Positions 40,509-55,154 of a DNA stretch of 64,000 bases are shown one piece after another. Location of the stretch: assembly GCF_009914755.1 (NCBI RefSeq), contig NC_060926.1. One strand, written 5' to 3'. The position numbers and the translations under genes are program-made. This stretch comes from the human T2T-CHM13v2.0 reference genome, Homo sapiens. Under the pieces are notes generated by a model. That model searched no databases and was not told the origin of the DNA. It saw only the letters and a list, made by a program, of their open reading frames with translations. Position 1 is the first letter of the stretch. Every line of letters starts with the position of its first letter.

Positions 40509-41650
40509 CTAAAGTTCAGCACAGTGGAAGCGCAGAGACTCGGAAGCAGGCTGACTTTGGCTGCAATCCTGGCTTCTGCTTGTTTCTAGTTTTGGGCCTT
40601 CTAGTGGGCAACTTACGTAACCTCTGTGAGCCTTGTTTTTCATAGCTGCAGAGTGGGATTAATGATTGTATTAATTAAAATCCTTTCAGTGGCAATTACC
40701 AGAACGACCACTGGCTAGCTTACTGGGCCTTTATTAGAAGGGCCTGGGGGTGCCTCATGGCTTCTGAGGCAGGGCAGGGCCACCTAACTTCAGCAGGGCC
40801 CGAAAGGCCAGATCCAGGCGGTCAGCAGCAGATTCAAGGACTTCCCCTGTAGAGCTGGGCTGCTCAAATTCTGTGGTTGGAGGACCAACTCTTTAAAAAC
40901 TTCAAATGTTATATTCCAGTGCTTTTGGAGATGCCATAAAATTCAATGACTGGAAAAATGAAATTAAAAAACATGCACAAAACAAACCCCATTTTAAATT
41001 ATTGGGTCTAACAGACATAAAGTTACTTTGTCAAATTGCTATAAGAGTTTCTAAAAGCTTACTCAATTTCTGTGCTTACCTGGTTGAAGACTGATGACAA
41101 ACACTTCAGCATCTTCCCTAGCCTGAGATGACACTTGGGGCAGCACTGTTCACCCTAGAGCATTGCTAAAAGCAAGCTCACTTCCAAGTCTTTGCTCTCA
41201 GGTCAATATTCCACATTCTTGGAGGGAGAATCTGATTGCCACTGACTGTGTCAGATCTCAGAGGAGACAGAGCCATAGAGTATGTGCATCGCTTTGGGAA
41301 GACATTTTCATCTGTGGCCAGCCAAACCTGTTGAACACCCCATGTAATTTCCCACATTGTGACTATTGCCTTCTTTGTGTAGAATCTAGAAATCTACGTT
41401 TCCCAGTTTCTCTGGCTACTCACAGCATTTAGGTTTATGTTCATTCATGCTTGAGATTTTGACTCAAGAGTGGGTATGAAGCAGAGATGGGGCTTGGGGT
41501 GGTGATTTTGCTAACATGGGGAAGCCAGCGTAACTGAGATTTTGGGGTGCCAGCAAGACCAGCTCCATATCAGGCCAATTCAGTGGGGTCATAGGAGGCT
41601 CCTGGAAGCCCACCTAAAGCCTATTTCTCCAGCTGTCTAATGATTTTTGA

Positions 41651-41903
<253 letters not shown>

Positions 41904-43869
41904 TGGTTTCCTGACCTTTCTAATAATTTTAACTATATCCCTTTCTCTTTTGGATTCTGTTGTCTTCAGCCATGAACCTTGACCCATACAGGCCCATCCC
42001 CTTGCTGCTCAGTGCTCTCAATGACATTTCACAATGATGTGTCTTGCTGTAGGGATTCCATCCATTTTTCTGGGCACATGCAGGCTCTTTCAATCTGGAA
42101 ATGTACATCTTTCAGTTCTGAGTAATTTTCTTAGATTTTTTTTTATTAGTTCCTTCCTTTTTCTTTTTCTGATCTCTTTGAAATCACTCTTCAGAAAGAG
42201 CAATTTGGATGTTGGACTTCCTATTTTGGTTTCTCTGATTTTCCATCATTTTTTCTTTTTGTTATACACTTTCAGGGAAATTTCCTCAATTTTATCTTCC
42301 ACACTTCCTGTCGAGTTTTTCATTGCTGCTGTCATTTTTTTCCCCCACTGTTAAAAGCTTTAAGACATTCTCTCAGTGAGCCTTTAAAAACAGTATCTTG
42401 CTCCTATTTGGTGGAGACAGTAGCTTTTCTCCTGTCTCTGAAGATAGTAAATAAATATTATCAACATTAGTAACTGTCCTCTCGTCTCTCTCGTACACAT
42501 TGTCTGTTCCTGGGTGTTTCTCATTCTGTTGGTTGGTGTCTCTGGCCCTGATGAGAGAGGTATTCCACTGGTGCTAGGTAGCTCTCGGCCATCTGCTTGC
42601 AATTAGAGTGAAGATCAGCCTCTGAGCCTGAGGAGGGGGCTTGTTAGCTTCAAGTCCAAGGCAGGGCAATGCTGGGCCACTGGGCCACTTACTGCAGGAA
42701 AGCCAGATGTCAAGGGCTTTAGAGCTTTCCTCTTGGGCTTCTCAGGGGTATAAGCCGGATGCTTTGGGTTAAGCTACACTTAGGTTTGTCCAAGCACACT
42801 TTCCAGTATGCTGGGCTTCCCCAGAGCTTCCTCATCTCCTGCCTGGAGGCAAGGACCCAGCTGCTGTTGCCCTGGGTGGCTCAGCAGGCAGCAGGCAGCA
42901 AAACTCCTTGTTTCTCTTCTGCAGCTCACACCCTCGCCTGTGCCAGCTGACCTCCAGCCGCGGAGACCCTCAATTTCCCCCTTTCCAGAGAAGACAGGTT
43001 GGGTCTCAGCTGGGTGGGGAGGACAGCTCCCTGGTGTTGCAGAGGAAGGGAGAGCATCTGGGGTGCTGGTGGCCTCCCACACAGCTTTCCCCTCACCCTC
43101 CTCCATTCAGGCCCCCTTTGCCTTGACCTTAGAAGTTCCAGGGGCTGCCAGTTCCTGAGCCCCTGAGGATTCTGCAGTGCAGATCTGTATTCTTCTCAGC
43201 TTTCCCCACCTCAGCATCAGCTCTTCCTGGGTTCTGTTAAACTAGTCCCCATGCATTCATCTGCTTTCAGCTTCCAAAGTTTGGTTGCAATGCCCTCTCT
43301 TATGTTTTCCCCATCCTTTTGGTTTATATATGCATTTTCTCAATCTCTTTACTATAATGCTGGTGGGGTTTCAGGAGGGAGAAAAGTTGAATGTGTGGGC
43401 TCAACCTGACATCTTGACCTGGAAACTCCCAATCAGCTTTTTAGTATCATCCCCTTAAATAGAAGATAACAGCCAAAGGTCAGTGAATGATTGAGGAAAG
43501 CCTGTATGTGAATATCAAGAGAAAAAGCCAAGCCAAACAAAAGCAGAACAAGCTCCAGGGAAAGGAAAACAAGGAAGGGAACTAGAGGAACACTTCAAAA
43601 ATGTATGGTAGCAACAACTTATTTATGGGATGGTCAGTATATACGGTTTTAGTTTGGAAATGGATAACCAGAGAACTCGAGGGACAAGTAATCTTTTAAA
43701 AAAGCAAAGACACATAAAGATGCACATAAAAGAATGTTTATCACAACATGGTTTCTAATAGTAGAAGATGTATACAACTTAAATGTCTAAGAATAAAGGA
43801 ACATTTTAATAAGTTATAGTATATAATTATAGTGGAATACCGTGCAGCCACTCAAAGCGAGGTGGTAGA

Positions 43870-44342
<473 letters not shown>

Positions 44343-44470
44343 TTACTCACAGTATATCACCAAAAATTAGAGTACAGAATCAAAATATTTACAGTAAAAT
44401 CTCATTTTGGAAAAAATATGCACAGAAAAGTGTACAACTCCAATTAAAATACAAAGACTGTCAGACTGGA

Positions 44471-44757
<287 letters not shown>

Positions 44758-45369
44758 CAGACTGTATTTTAGTACCCTTATATGCAGATAAAAATCTGGA
44801 AAACGATGTATCAAGAATATTAATAGTAGTTACCTGGAGGTAGTGGACTTATAGGTGAGCATTATTTTGTTCTTTGTACTTTTCTGTATTTTGTTAAATA
44901 TTTTTCAAAATGCTTGTATTACTTTATAATTAGTATTCAGTGGTTTTTTTTGTGTTGCTTCTCATATTTATTCCATTTGATCTAATAATTTGTTTTCCAG
45001 AGAAAATAGTCATAGCAGATCAGATACATTACCTAAAATGTTTTAATTACATTGTAATTTAGAATCACAAAAGGATGGGAAACAAGCAAGCAAGCTAATA
45101 ACTGAAAGCCCGAGATGTGTTAAATGGATTATTTTACATTTCTGTGTTGGAACACTCAGCCATTACAACAATACATGTGATAGAATATTTTTGATAAATA
45201 GCATATATCGGTGCAGATAGGTATGAGCTCAGTGTGCTTTGAAATAACTAAATATAGGTTAGATATATTTATGGAAAAAAACTTAAAGGAAGCATATGAA
45301 ACTATTGTAAGTGGTTGTCTCAGGGTAATGGGATCCCCTACCTAAGCATGATTTCTGGGAGGGTTGAGA

Positions 45370-46580
45370 TGGGGTCTCTCGTTCGCCATTCTATTCCCTG
45401 CTGCTTTAAGTATCTCTTGAATGAGTGCATGTATTACAGATGCTTTTGACTTTCTTCTTTTTACTTTCCTGTATATTCCAAAATTTCTACCATAAACATG
45501 TTTGTTTTTATAATCATAATACATTTTAAAACTTTAAATGAGGAAATGGGTAAATAAAAGGGAAAATATGGGAAAGTGGGAGGGTGCAAAAAATGTATCC
45601 TCCTCTGAATTGACTCCACTCCCCTGTGAGTGACAGGAGCCGGCGTTCTCCACGAGACCCTGTCTGCATCAGTCCATCTCCCCCACCCCACGCTAGGTCT
45701 GCCACCACCTCTCTGCGCTGGCAAATAATCTGCACTCAAAGGAAATAATTATGAGGCCCATGGTGGCCTCAATACCCGCAAGACCAAAGCCTGTGACAAG
45801 CGCAATGCTCCAAGCCTGGCCCAGGGAAGCAGAATGGAACTGCCACAGCCCCCACCAACCCAGATCCACCTACTCCAGGAAACCGGCCCAGTGCCAGGGC
45901 TTTGCGCCTGGGGTGGCCTAACATTTCCGCCCAAACTTGGGCCAATTTGAGAAGGTGGAGGGTGAGGTGTTTGGGGAAGGAGTGTGTTCCTGTTGCTCGT
46001 TGCCATCACCACCTGGAGGAGGAGAATGGAGTCGATCCAATGGAAGACGAAACTTTCTTTCTTTCTTTTCTTATTTTTCTCATTTGGGGAAAACACAGGG
46101 GTCTGCACCTCCGGGGTGCAATGGTGAGCCTCGCACTGGGAAAACCACCTTTGTGATCATGGTATCTCCCCTGTCAGGTAAGCATGAGCATAAACTTTGT
46201 GTACCCCTCCCATTTTCCCTTTTCTTTACACATTTCCTTGTTTAAAGTTTTAAAATTTATTGTGATTGTAAAAATAAACATGTTTATTGTAGAAATTTTA
46301 GAATAAAATTTCTGCCCACAGGAAGCCTGTGTCCCTGAACCCTTCTCCCGGGCCAAGATTGGACTGTTTGAGGAAGATGGAAAAAGTGCTCTGTGAGCAG
46401 GATTATGAAATGACAGGGAGGACGTGAGGGGCTTTCGAAACCCTGGGAAGGAAGATGCCCACGTGAATGGAAAGTAGAAAGAAGAAAGTCAAAAGCACCT
46501 GTAATACATTCACTCATTCAGCAGATACTTAGGAGCAGTCCCCAGGTCCTGGGAATAGAAGGGTGGACGAGAGGGTCACC
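45370..46580. repeat. Local inverted duplication (arm A about 45370-45650, arm A' about 45990-46580)
   Basis: 45474-45567 vs revcomp 46212-46305 is 84/94 identical; 45401-45469 vs revcomp 46469-46538 is about 63/70 (hand alignment). Confidence 0.85.
46081..46185 (-). pseudogene. RNU1-38P: U1 snRNA retro-pseudogene, 3'-truncated (U1 nt 1-106) with A-rich tail 46054-46080
   Basis: Minus strand ATGCTTACCTGACAGGGGAGATACCATGATCACAAAGGTGGTTTTCCCAG...CCATTGCAC...TTTCCCCAAATG; about 10 substitutions and 1 deletion vs U1; no Sm site. The U1 identity is secure; the gene number is from recollection. Confidence 0.9.
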
Positions 46581-47269
46581 CAGATTCTCCTCATTATAAT
46601 AATAGCAATAGCTACCCCTCTGGGTCCTTGTATGTGCCAGGTCTTTACTATGTGTTAAGCAATTTTCATTTATTATCTCCCTTGATCTGTACAAAACCCA
46701 TGAGGGAGGATTCATATTAAAATCTCTGTTTTACAGATGAGAAAACTGAGGCTTGGAATGGTGAAGGAGGTCACTGAAAGTCACACTGTGAGTTAAACTG
46801 CAAAGCTGTGAATGGAAAACCCCCTAAGGCCCTGCTCTTAGCTCCTCTTGGTTCCCTGTTGCAAAGAGGCATTCCCCAGGCAGCTGTGAGGTGGAAATCT
46901 CTGTCTTCAGGCTTGCGGCTGAGAAGTTTCCCAGAGACGAGAAGCTGGAGCCTTTGGAGACCCCACTCGGCTGAGGTCCCGGGACCACGAGGGGGCAGCA
47001 GAGGTCTGCTGCGCTGGCGGGAGGCTCTGTCCCCGGCTGACTGCAGGCTCCGGGCAGCTGTCCTGAGTTAAAACCTGAACCTCGGGTGGCCGAGAATAGC
47101 AAGGGGCTGTCATTCACGTGGGCATCTTCCTTCCCAGGGTTTCGAAAGCCCCTCACGTCATCCCTGTCATTTCATAATCCTGCTCACAGAGCACTTTTTC
47201 CATCTTCCTCAAACAGGTCTGATCTTGGCCCGGGAGAAGGGTTCAGGGACACAGGATTCCTGTGAGCAG
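46312..47269. repeat. 158-bp inverted repeat (46312-46469 / 47111-47269), 641-bp spacer
   Basis: Hand alignment shows 5 substitutions and 1 indel (about 96%); not Alu, L1 or MIR sequence. Confidence 0.95.
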
Positions 47270-47722
47270 TGTGTTAGATGCTGGGCTGGTCACTGGGGCC
47301 ACGGAGATTAAAAAAAAAATCCTCTATAAAACCCAGGACTTGCCCCCAAGGGAGACTGGCACCTAAATAAGTAACCGAGGTACACGATGCAAAGTGCAAT
47401 AATAGACGGACATCTGCGATTCGGAGGCAGCACGAAGTGGGAGAAAGAGGGGCGGAATTAGAAGCCAGGGATTTGGCTTAAAGGTGGCCCGAGGTGTGCA
47501 GCTGCCTGCAAATGCCATCCTTCATGTGAGCTGAGGCACAGGAAGAGGCTGAGAAGTCCGGTCTAGAGGGATGTTGGGTAAATGGTCCCAGGTTGAAAAA
47601 TATTAGATGCTGAAGGAATGTCAGATGGTCTCGAAATTGTGAGGTTTGCCTCTGAGTCCCAGGCAGGATGTGGGCTGGGATAGCTGAGGCAGGCCGAACC
47701 TAGGCTCAGGAAGATGGTGAGA

Positions 47723-47760
47723 GATTGTAAAAATAAACAGGTTTATTGTAGAAATTTTAG
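47723..47760 (+). repeat. 38-bp direct copy of 46264-46301
   Basis: gattgtaaaaataaaca(g/t)gtttattgtagaaattttag, 37/38 identical. Confidence 0.95.
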
Positions 47761-48320
47761 GGGTGGGGTTAGGAGGTCATTAGGAGGTCCAGGGTCAGGG
47801 TCAGTGGGCTTCAGGACCTGGCAAAGCCAGAGGGCATGAGAGCCAGCCTTGCCTACCCACTCCGGGCTGGGCCCACAGCTGCCACGACCCTTTGTCCCCA
47901 AGGGTGACAGGAGAGCTTGCACCAGCCCAGATGCTTCCTTCTCCAAAGACATGGACGGAGGGTCTCAGGCTTATACCAGCCAGGATTATTCCAGTGGGAT
48001 TCCAGCTCTCCTCCTAGCCATGTCCTTCCCGCAAAAGTTTGAAGCGGGTCTGGCTGGGTGAGGTAACTCCTTGACAAACTGGACTCATTTTTGGCTGATG
48101 ACCTGTGTGGTCCCTGAAGCTCTGTCCTCACCCAAGATTGGCCCAGAGGGGAGTGGAGGTGGAAGGGGAAGGCCAGGCATGGCTGCGGCACTCCATTTGC
48201 CCCCAGCAGCCTGGCGGTCTTCACTTGTGCTCACCCCACAGGCATTGTGGACACAGGTGTGTCACCAAAGGGCCATGAGGCTCCTGTGTCACGTGGGACA
48301 CCCCTGCCTTGCCAATCTTT

Positions 48321-48624
48321 AATTTATTATTATTATTATTTTTCCGAGAAGGAATTTTGCTCTTGTCGCCCAGGCTGGAGTGCAGTGGCGTAATCTCGGC
48401 ACTGCAACCTCCGCCTCCCAGGTTCAAGTGATTCTCCTGTCTCAGCCTCCTGAGTAGCGGGATTACAGGTGCCCACCACCACGCCTGGCTAATTTTTGTA
48501 TTTTTAGTAGAGACGGGTTTCACCATGTTGGCCAGGCTGGTCTCGAACTCCTGACCTCAGGTGATCCATCTGCCTCGGCCTCCCAAAGTGCTGGGATTAC
48601 AGGAGTGAGCCACTGCACCCGGCC
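48321..48624 (-). mobile_element. AluSq/Sx
   Basis: Reverse dimer with (TTA)n tail. Confidence 0.92.
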
Positions 48625-49803
48625 ATTAATTTTTTTCCCAGGCAGTCTCCCTCTGGGCAGGTGAGTCCCAGGTGGCAGTGTCCGGCAGCCATCCTCGGAC
48701 TTCTTCCCCGCAGCATGGCCAAGGGCAAGGGAGAGGGAAGGGACGCAGGCCAGGGCATGACATACAGTGGCCCAACGTAGGAAAAACATTTTTTTTTGAC
48801 CTCTCATTCATTTTCTTAAAAGTTCACATGCCTTTCACCTTCTTTTTAGTGCCTCCTGGCAAGTTTTATCATTAAAAACAATCTTTTTTAATGACTTGCA
48901 TTTCCATTTAAAGCGATTTGTGTGACTGGTTTATTTGCTTAGTCTTAAGGTGATGTCACTGCAACAGGCACCATGGATTTAAGGATATATAAATCCTTAC
49001 GTATCCTTTTTTCTTTTTTTGAGAAGCAAAAAACATGATCACATTAGATGTTAAAATGTTAAAATTAGATATTAAATGTTAAAATATGGGGAAAATGCAG
49101 ATCTTAGAACGAGGGAAATTCTTGTTGGTAATTTTCATCCTCCCAAAAAACTTCAGAATAAAATTGGTTCTCCCTGAAGATGTGTGACATTTGTACTTGG
49201 CTTCATGTCCTTATCCTGCAGTGTTGGGGGGCACAGGGTGAAGTCACGCTTGTTGTGAGCTGGCCCTGTATTTTCCCAGAGAGAATTCTTTCTGGCTACC
49301 CAGAATGTTCAAGGGCTGGAGTTCCAGTTAATTGAACCATTCTGGGTCAACAGCCGCTCTTGACAGATTTGAATTTTCAGCATTTGGAGTTAGAAATCTT
49401 TCTTAAGAATGTAATCTCATCAACAAGCATTCAGTGAGTACCGAATATGGACCTGTTTCTCTGCTTTTATGTTGTTGTCTCCAGAACATTCAGGGATCCT
49501 CATTCAAGCAGTTGACAATTTCATGGAGTTCCTCAAGGCCTTTGTAACTGACACCAGTTTTCTAGAACTGGAAATGAGAGAAAGGAGAGATGGGGCTGCA
49601 TGAGACGATTCTGTGGGCGTGCTGTACTTTTTTGCCAAGCACTTTGTCACCTGTCATCTCATTTGTTTCTTACAACAATGCTGTGAATATTATTACCAGG
49701 CTCTGACGGGTGAAGCAGCTTGCACCTTGCCTGGCACCATGTGTCTGGGTGGGTGCAGAAGGGAATTTCCTCCAGGCTCCCAGGCCTCCCTCTTCCTCAT
49801 TAG

Positions 49804-50169
<366 letters not shown>

Positions 50170-50784
50170 TCGATTGCTTTTTTTTTTTTGCAACTTTTCC
50201 CCCACACTGAAGACCAACCCCCATATAACTCCAAGACACAGAAGAGAGAGCGGGAAAGAGACCTCTGTGGCTTGGGGTTGCATGTGGGCCTATGATAAAG
50301 GCCTATGTAAGTATATTCAACCAATAACAATCTGTTATTATTTGGCCCTGGCCAAATAGTTATAACTAATATTTGTTTGAGCCCCAGCTGTGTGCTCAGC
50401 ACTGGGCAAAGAAGTGACTATGTGTCTACAGAGGACCCAGTCAGGCCTGCTCAGCCTGAGCTCTGCCATGCCTCCTTGGCCTGCCCTGAGGTCCTCCTGG
50501 TCAGGGAGCTGGATGTGTGGGCTGTGAGGCCATCTGCTAGCACAGTGGTGTTAGCTCAGTGGGGTGGCAGGGCCGCTGGAACCCAAGGATGGCACTGATG
50601 AATCTGTTTGGGGAGAGGGTGGGGCCCCTGGAGAGGACATTTCACAGAGGAGGTGACATTTTAGTGGTCCTCTGAAGAGTGAAAGGAATTCTCCACGTAG
50701 ACAGAGGGTGTTCCTGGCAGAGCAAAACTCAAAGAACATAGAGGATGGGATGGGTTATGAAAGTCCACATGTGTGCGTGTGTGC

Positions 50785-50786
<2 letters not shown>

Positions 50787-50838
<52 letters not shown>
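50787..50838. repeat. (GA)26 microsatellite
   Basis: Pure GA run. Confidence 0.98.
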
Positions 50839-50840
<2 letters not shown>

Positions 50841-52319
50841 CCTATCTGCATTCATCTCTCTCTCCATGGTCTCTGGCTTCCCCCTCAACACCCTTCCCCA
50901 GCACTCCTGGCCTAGCCCTGGGCTTGGCAGGCCTCTCCCTGCTCCCTCTGGGCTCAGAGTTTCTGCCCTTCCACCCCACAAGTGCTTCTCTGTTCCCTCA
51001 GCCTCTACTGGCTTTCAGTTTGTCCTTTGAAAAAAAGCCGCCTTTGAATTTGTTCTTCCAAAGCCTGCCCTATGCTCGGCCTCCAGAAGGATGGACACTT
51101 GATCCCATCCATGGCTGGCCACAGGGCGTGGCCTTCGGAGCAGCTGCAAGGATAGTGTTGACTCCAGATGGAAAGTGTCTGGAGAATTCTGACCTGACAT
51201 CACACCATCACGAACTGCACAGGCAGTCAGTGATCTGGGGGTGCCCAGGTGAAGCTGTTCCCAGCCTGGCTTCTTGTCAAAAGCTGGCTTTGAGTTGGAG
51301 TCCAGAACAAAAGCGTGGCCCAGGGAGAGGCCAGCTTCTCTGAGAGCAGCCTGGAGGCAAACGGGCGTCCTTCATATATTCCCTGTGATGTGAGCCCAGT
51401 GGAGGCCCTGCACTCACGGTACTGGCTGCAAGCGGGGCCCGGTATTGGCCTCTCTTGACTCTCCTGCCCACCCTGGGGCCTTGGCCATCTCTCCCCTCCC
51501 CGCTGGGCCTCCACTCCCAAAGGTTCTAAGTCCCCACATGTGGCCTCATGCAGCTCAGCCCTTCTGCCCTGCTGAGCCCTACTTAGCCAGGTGAAGAGCT
51601 GGGGTTATCCCAGCCACATGCTGGAGGATGAAAGGGGAGCGCCTCGCCACAGCTGACACCGGCACCCTGGGCCCCATCCCAGGACTCATCTTCAAGGCAC
51701 CATCTGTCGCCTGTGTGGGCTAAGCAGGGACAGAGGGTTGGCACGGGGGCCCAGAGGGCAGGGCTAGGAGGGGAAGTCACAGGGGCCTGCACAGTGGTTT
51801 TCACCAAGTCTCTGTGGCGAGTGAATCCTCTTTGGCTTCTCTTCTCCTGCCACCATCTCCCACCCCAGGCAAAGTCTGTATCTGAGGCTGAAGAAGAAAG
51901 AGTTAGACCTGGCCAGCTCCTAGCAGGCTGGCGTCAGCTTCCTGACATCTAAGAGCATCCCCTTCTGGGGAAGCCAGAGGGCACAGCCAGATGGTCTGTA
52001 GCCCAGGGAAGAATCCAGTTCCAGGCACCACAGCGGTCACTGCAGAATCATGAGACAGGAGCTGGACACCGGGCATTGGGCCACAGGACAGGCTGCCTGA
52101 GGTTGGCACCCTGCTGGCTCTCTGCCTCCTCCCTGGGTGCAGGCTATCCTCAGAGCACAGAGCTGGACACAGCGGGAGGCTCCCCTGGGTAGGAGCAAAT
52201 CCCCAGCAGGCCAGGGCCTTTGGGACAGGGACACATTCACAGGGACCAGGGAGCAGGAAGGCTCTCTGCACTCTTGGTGTCTGTGCCCATCACCTGCCAT
52301 TTTGGAAGAAGCTAGTGGG

Positions 52320-52465
52320 TTGGAGAGAAGAGAGAAGGGGAAGGCGAGGGGCTTTGGGGATTGGGAGAAAAAAAAAGGAGTGGGAGGAAGGAGGAAAAAG
52401 AGAAAAGAGAATAATATAAAGAAGAGAGAGGAGGAGAAAGAAAAGGAGGAGAGGGGAGAGAAAGG
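52320..52465. repeat. GA-rich low-complexity purine tract
   Basis: gagaagagagaagggg...gaggagaaagaaaaggagga. Confidence 0.85.
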
Positions 52466-54070
52466 GCTGGGCTACAGGTAACACAGACCCCAACATAACA
52501 GTGGCTCAAACAAAGAAGATGTAAGTTTCACTTAGATAACAATCATAAGTAGGAGGTCCAGGGCTGCTGCGGGAGCCCAGGAACCTTCTCTTTCCATTAT
52601 TTTCAGGGTGTCAGCCTCATCGTCATGATCAAACATGCCCACCCCCAAAACACAACAGTCTATTTCAAGCAGCAGGGTAGAGGAAGGGCACTGTACCCCA
52701 CTTTATGGCCCAGCGCAGGAGCTGACACACCCCTTCCCCTGCCTCTCAATGGCCAGAATACACTCCCCATAGCTGCCCCCAACTGCAGGGGAGACTGGGA
52801 AATGCAGCCTTGGTTTTGAGCATCCACGTGTCCAGAATAAAAATCTCAATGCAAAAGGAGACAATAGATATTGGGGCCGAGGAAAGTAGAGAGGAAGAGA
52901 AGCTCTTGGAAGGAGAAGAGGGAACAGGAAGGGAAGTGGGGTAGGCTCTCTGGAGTAGTTTGCGCCCTTGCCAGACCTGACCCCCAGCATGCCTGGCCCC
53001 CACTCCTGGGTGACTGGGTCTGAGGGGTCTATCATAAACAAGTTCCTTGAGGGCCGGAAGCCCTTCCCTTTCCCCAGAGATCAATGAACCTGCCACTGGG
53101 TGCCAGACCTGAAGTGGCTCTGGATTCCTTTGTGAAGGTCTCTGGAAAAAGATCTGCATCTAACAAAAGGAAAGAAGACAAAGTGCAGGGTTCTACTTTC
53201 CTACTTAGCCAAGAAGAGGCTCCAGACAGCCTTGTGATCCTGAAGAAGGACGTGATAAGTCATATTGAGTCATATTCTGCAGGATGCCAGGAAGGAGCTT
53301 GTCTGGTTTTCTTCAAGGTATATAAAGGAACATAAAACTATCTTGATATGTGGGACTACCTCACATATCAATTAGTTTGCACTGGGCCACCCATAACAGA
53401 AAACCCAATTAGAACGTTCAGTAAGAGCATTTGTTATTGCTCAAAACAAGAAGTGCAGAGGAGGGCAGTTCCAGGATCAGTCAACCCAACAGCTCCATGA
53501 TGTCTGGGCTCTGTCTCCATCTCCTAGGAATTCTCATAGTTTTTCCTTTGGGTTGTTATGTGGCAGCCTGACCTACAAGCATTATGTCCTTCTAAAATTG
53601 CTTTCAAAGGAAGTATTCTCCCCACCACTGTCATTTAATCTGGAAGGAAAACCTTTTCCAGAACCTCTCCACCAGAATTCCCCTTATCTTGGCCAAACTG
53701 TGTCACAATTGCTGGTAAGAGCAAATGAGATTACCCCTTCCCATGGGAGGGATTGTTTAGGACAATCCTGATTCATGATGGGGGAGCCACCTTCTCTGAG
53801 CACACTGCAGCTGGATCATGAACAAAGACAAATTCTGTTATCAAAATCATAGGAAGCAATGATTGTTGGTTTGGCCAAGAGCAGACATTAACAATCAATC
53901 TTAACTCTCTCATACAGTCATTACAAATCAAGCAAAGTTGGCACATGAGATAAAGCATATGTATTATCTCAGTCTTAGATAATGGGAAGTAAGGAAGCCG
54001 TAATTCAAGGCATCTTTAGTGACCCAGTTATCGTGTCATTGTCTCATGGAGTGCTTTTAAATTTGTCTGC

Positions 54071-54390
<320 letters not shown>

Positions 54391-54409
54391 TTTAAAAATT
54401 AAAAAAATA

Positions 54410-54910
54410 TGTCCACAAATTCTTTGACATTCCTCCCTACAAAAGGTGGCAGCTAATTCCCCTCCTCTTGAATATGGGCTGGACTAGTGATTCATTTCTA
54501 AGGAATAGAAAGTAGCAGAATGATACTGTATGAGTTTTGAGACTATGTCCTAAAAGGCAGGATAGCTTTCACCCTGCTCTTTCTTGGACCACTTGCTGTG
54601 AGGGAGGCCAGCCACCATGCCATGAGGAAGCTCCAGCAGTCCTATGAAAAGACCACATGAGGAGGAACTGAGATCTCAGTTCCTGGCAACAGCCATGTGA
54701 AGGAGCCATTTGGAAGTGGATTTCCAGCCCCAGGCAAGCCTTCTGATGACTGTAGCACTGGCTGACATCTTGACTGCAACCCCATGAAACACCCCGCGCC
54801 AGAACCCCCAGCTAAACCACTTGCAAATTCCCTTCCCACAGAAACTCCCCACAGATGATAAATGTTTGTTGTTTGGAGCCACCAAATTTTGGGGTAATTT
54901 GTGCAGCCAG
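54410..54910 (+). mobile_element. MLT1F-type LTR
   Basis: gtccacaaattctttgacattcctccc...gccatttggaagtggattttccagcccc...aattttggggtaatttgt. Confidence 0.8.
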
Positions 54911-55154
54911 AGCTCACACTGTCACTAGGGTGAGGCAAATGGCACAACATCTAAGGAGATGCTCCCTTTCAGGGCTATGACAGTTCAGGGTCCACACATG
55001 ACCCTGAGACGGAATGTCTTCTTAAATTCTGTTCCCTAGGCTCCTCGCTTGCCTCAGCCCCGCCCCAACCCTGTGTCTAGCAGCAGATATACCTCCACGG
55101 CCCTTTTCCCTCTTCTGAACATTCTCCAGCTTATGTTGGGAATCCACGCAGTTC

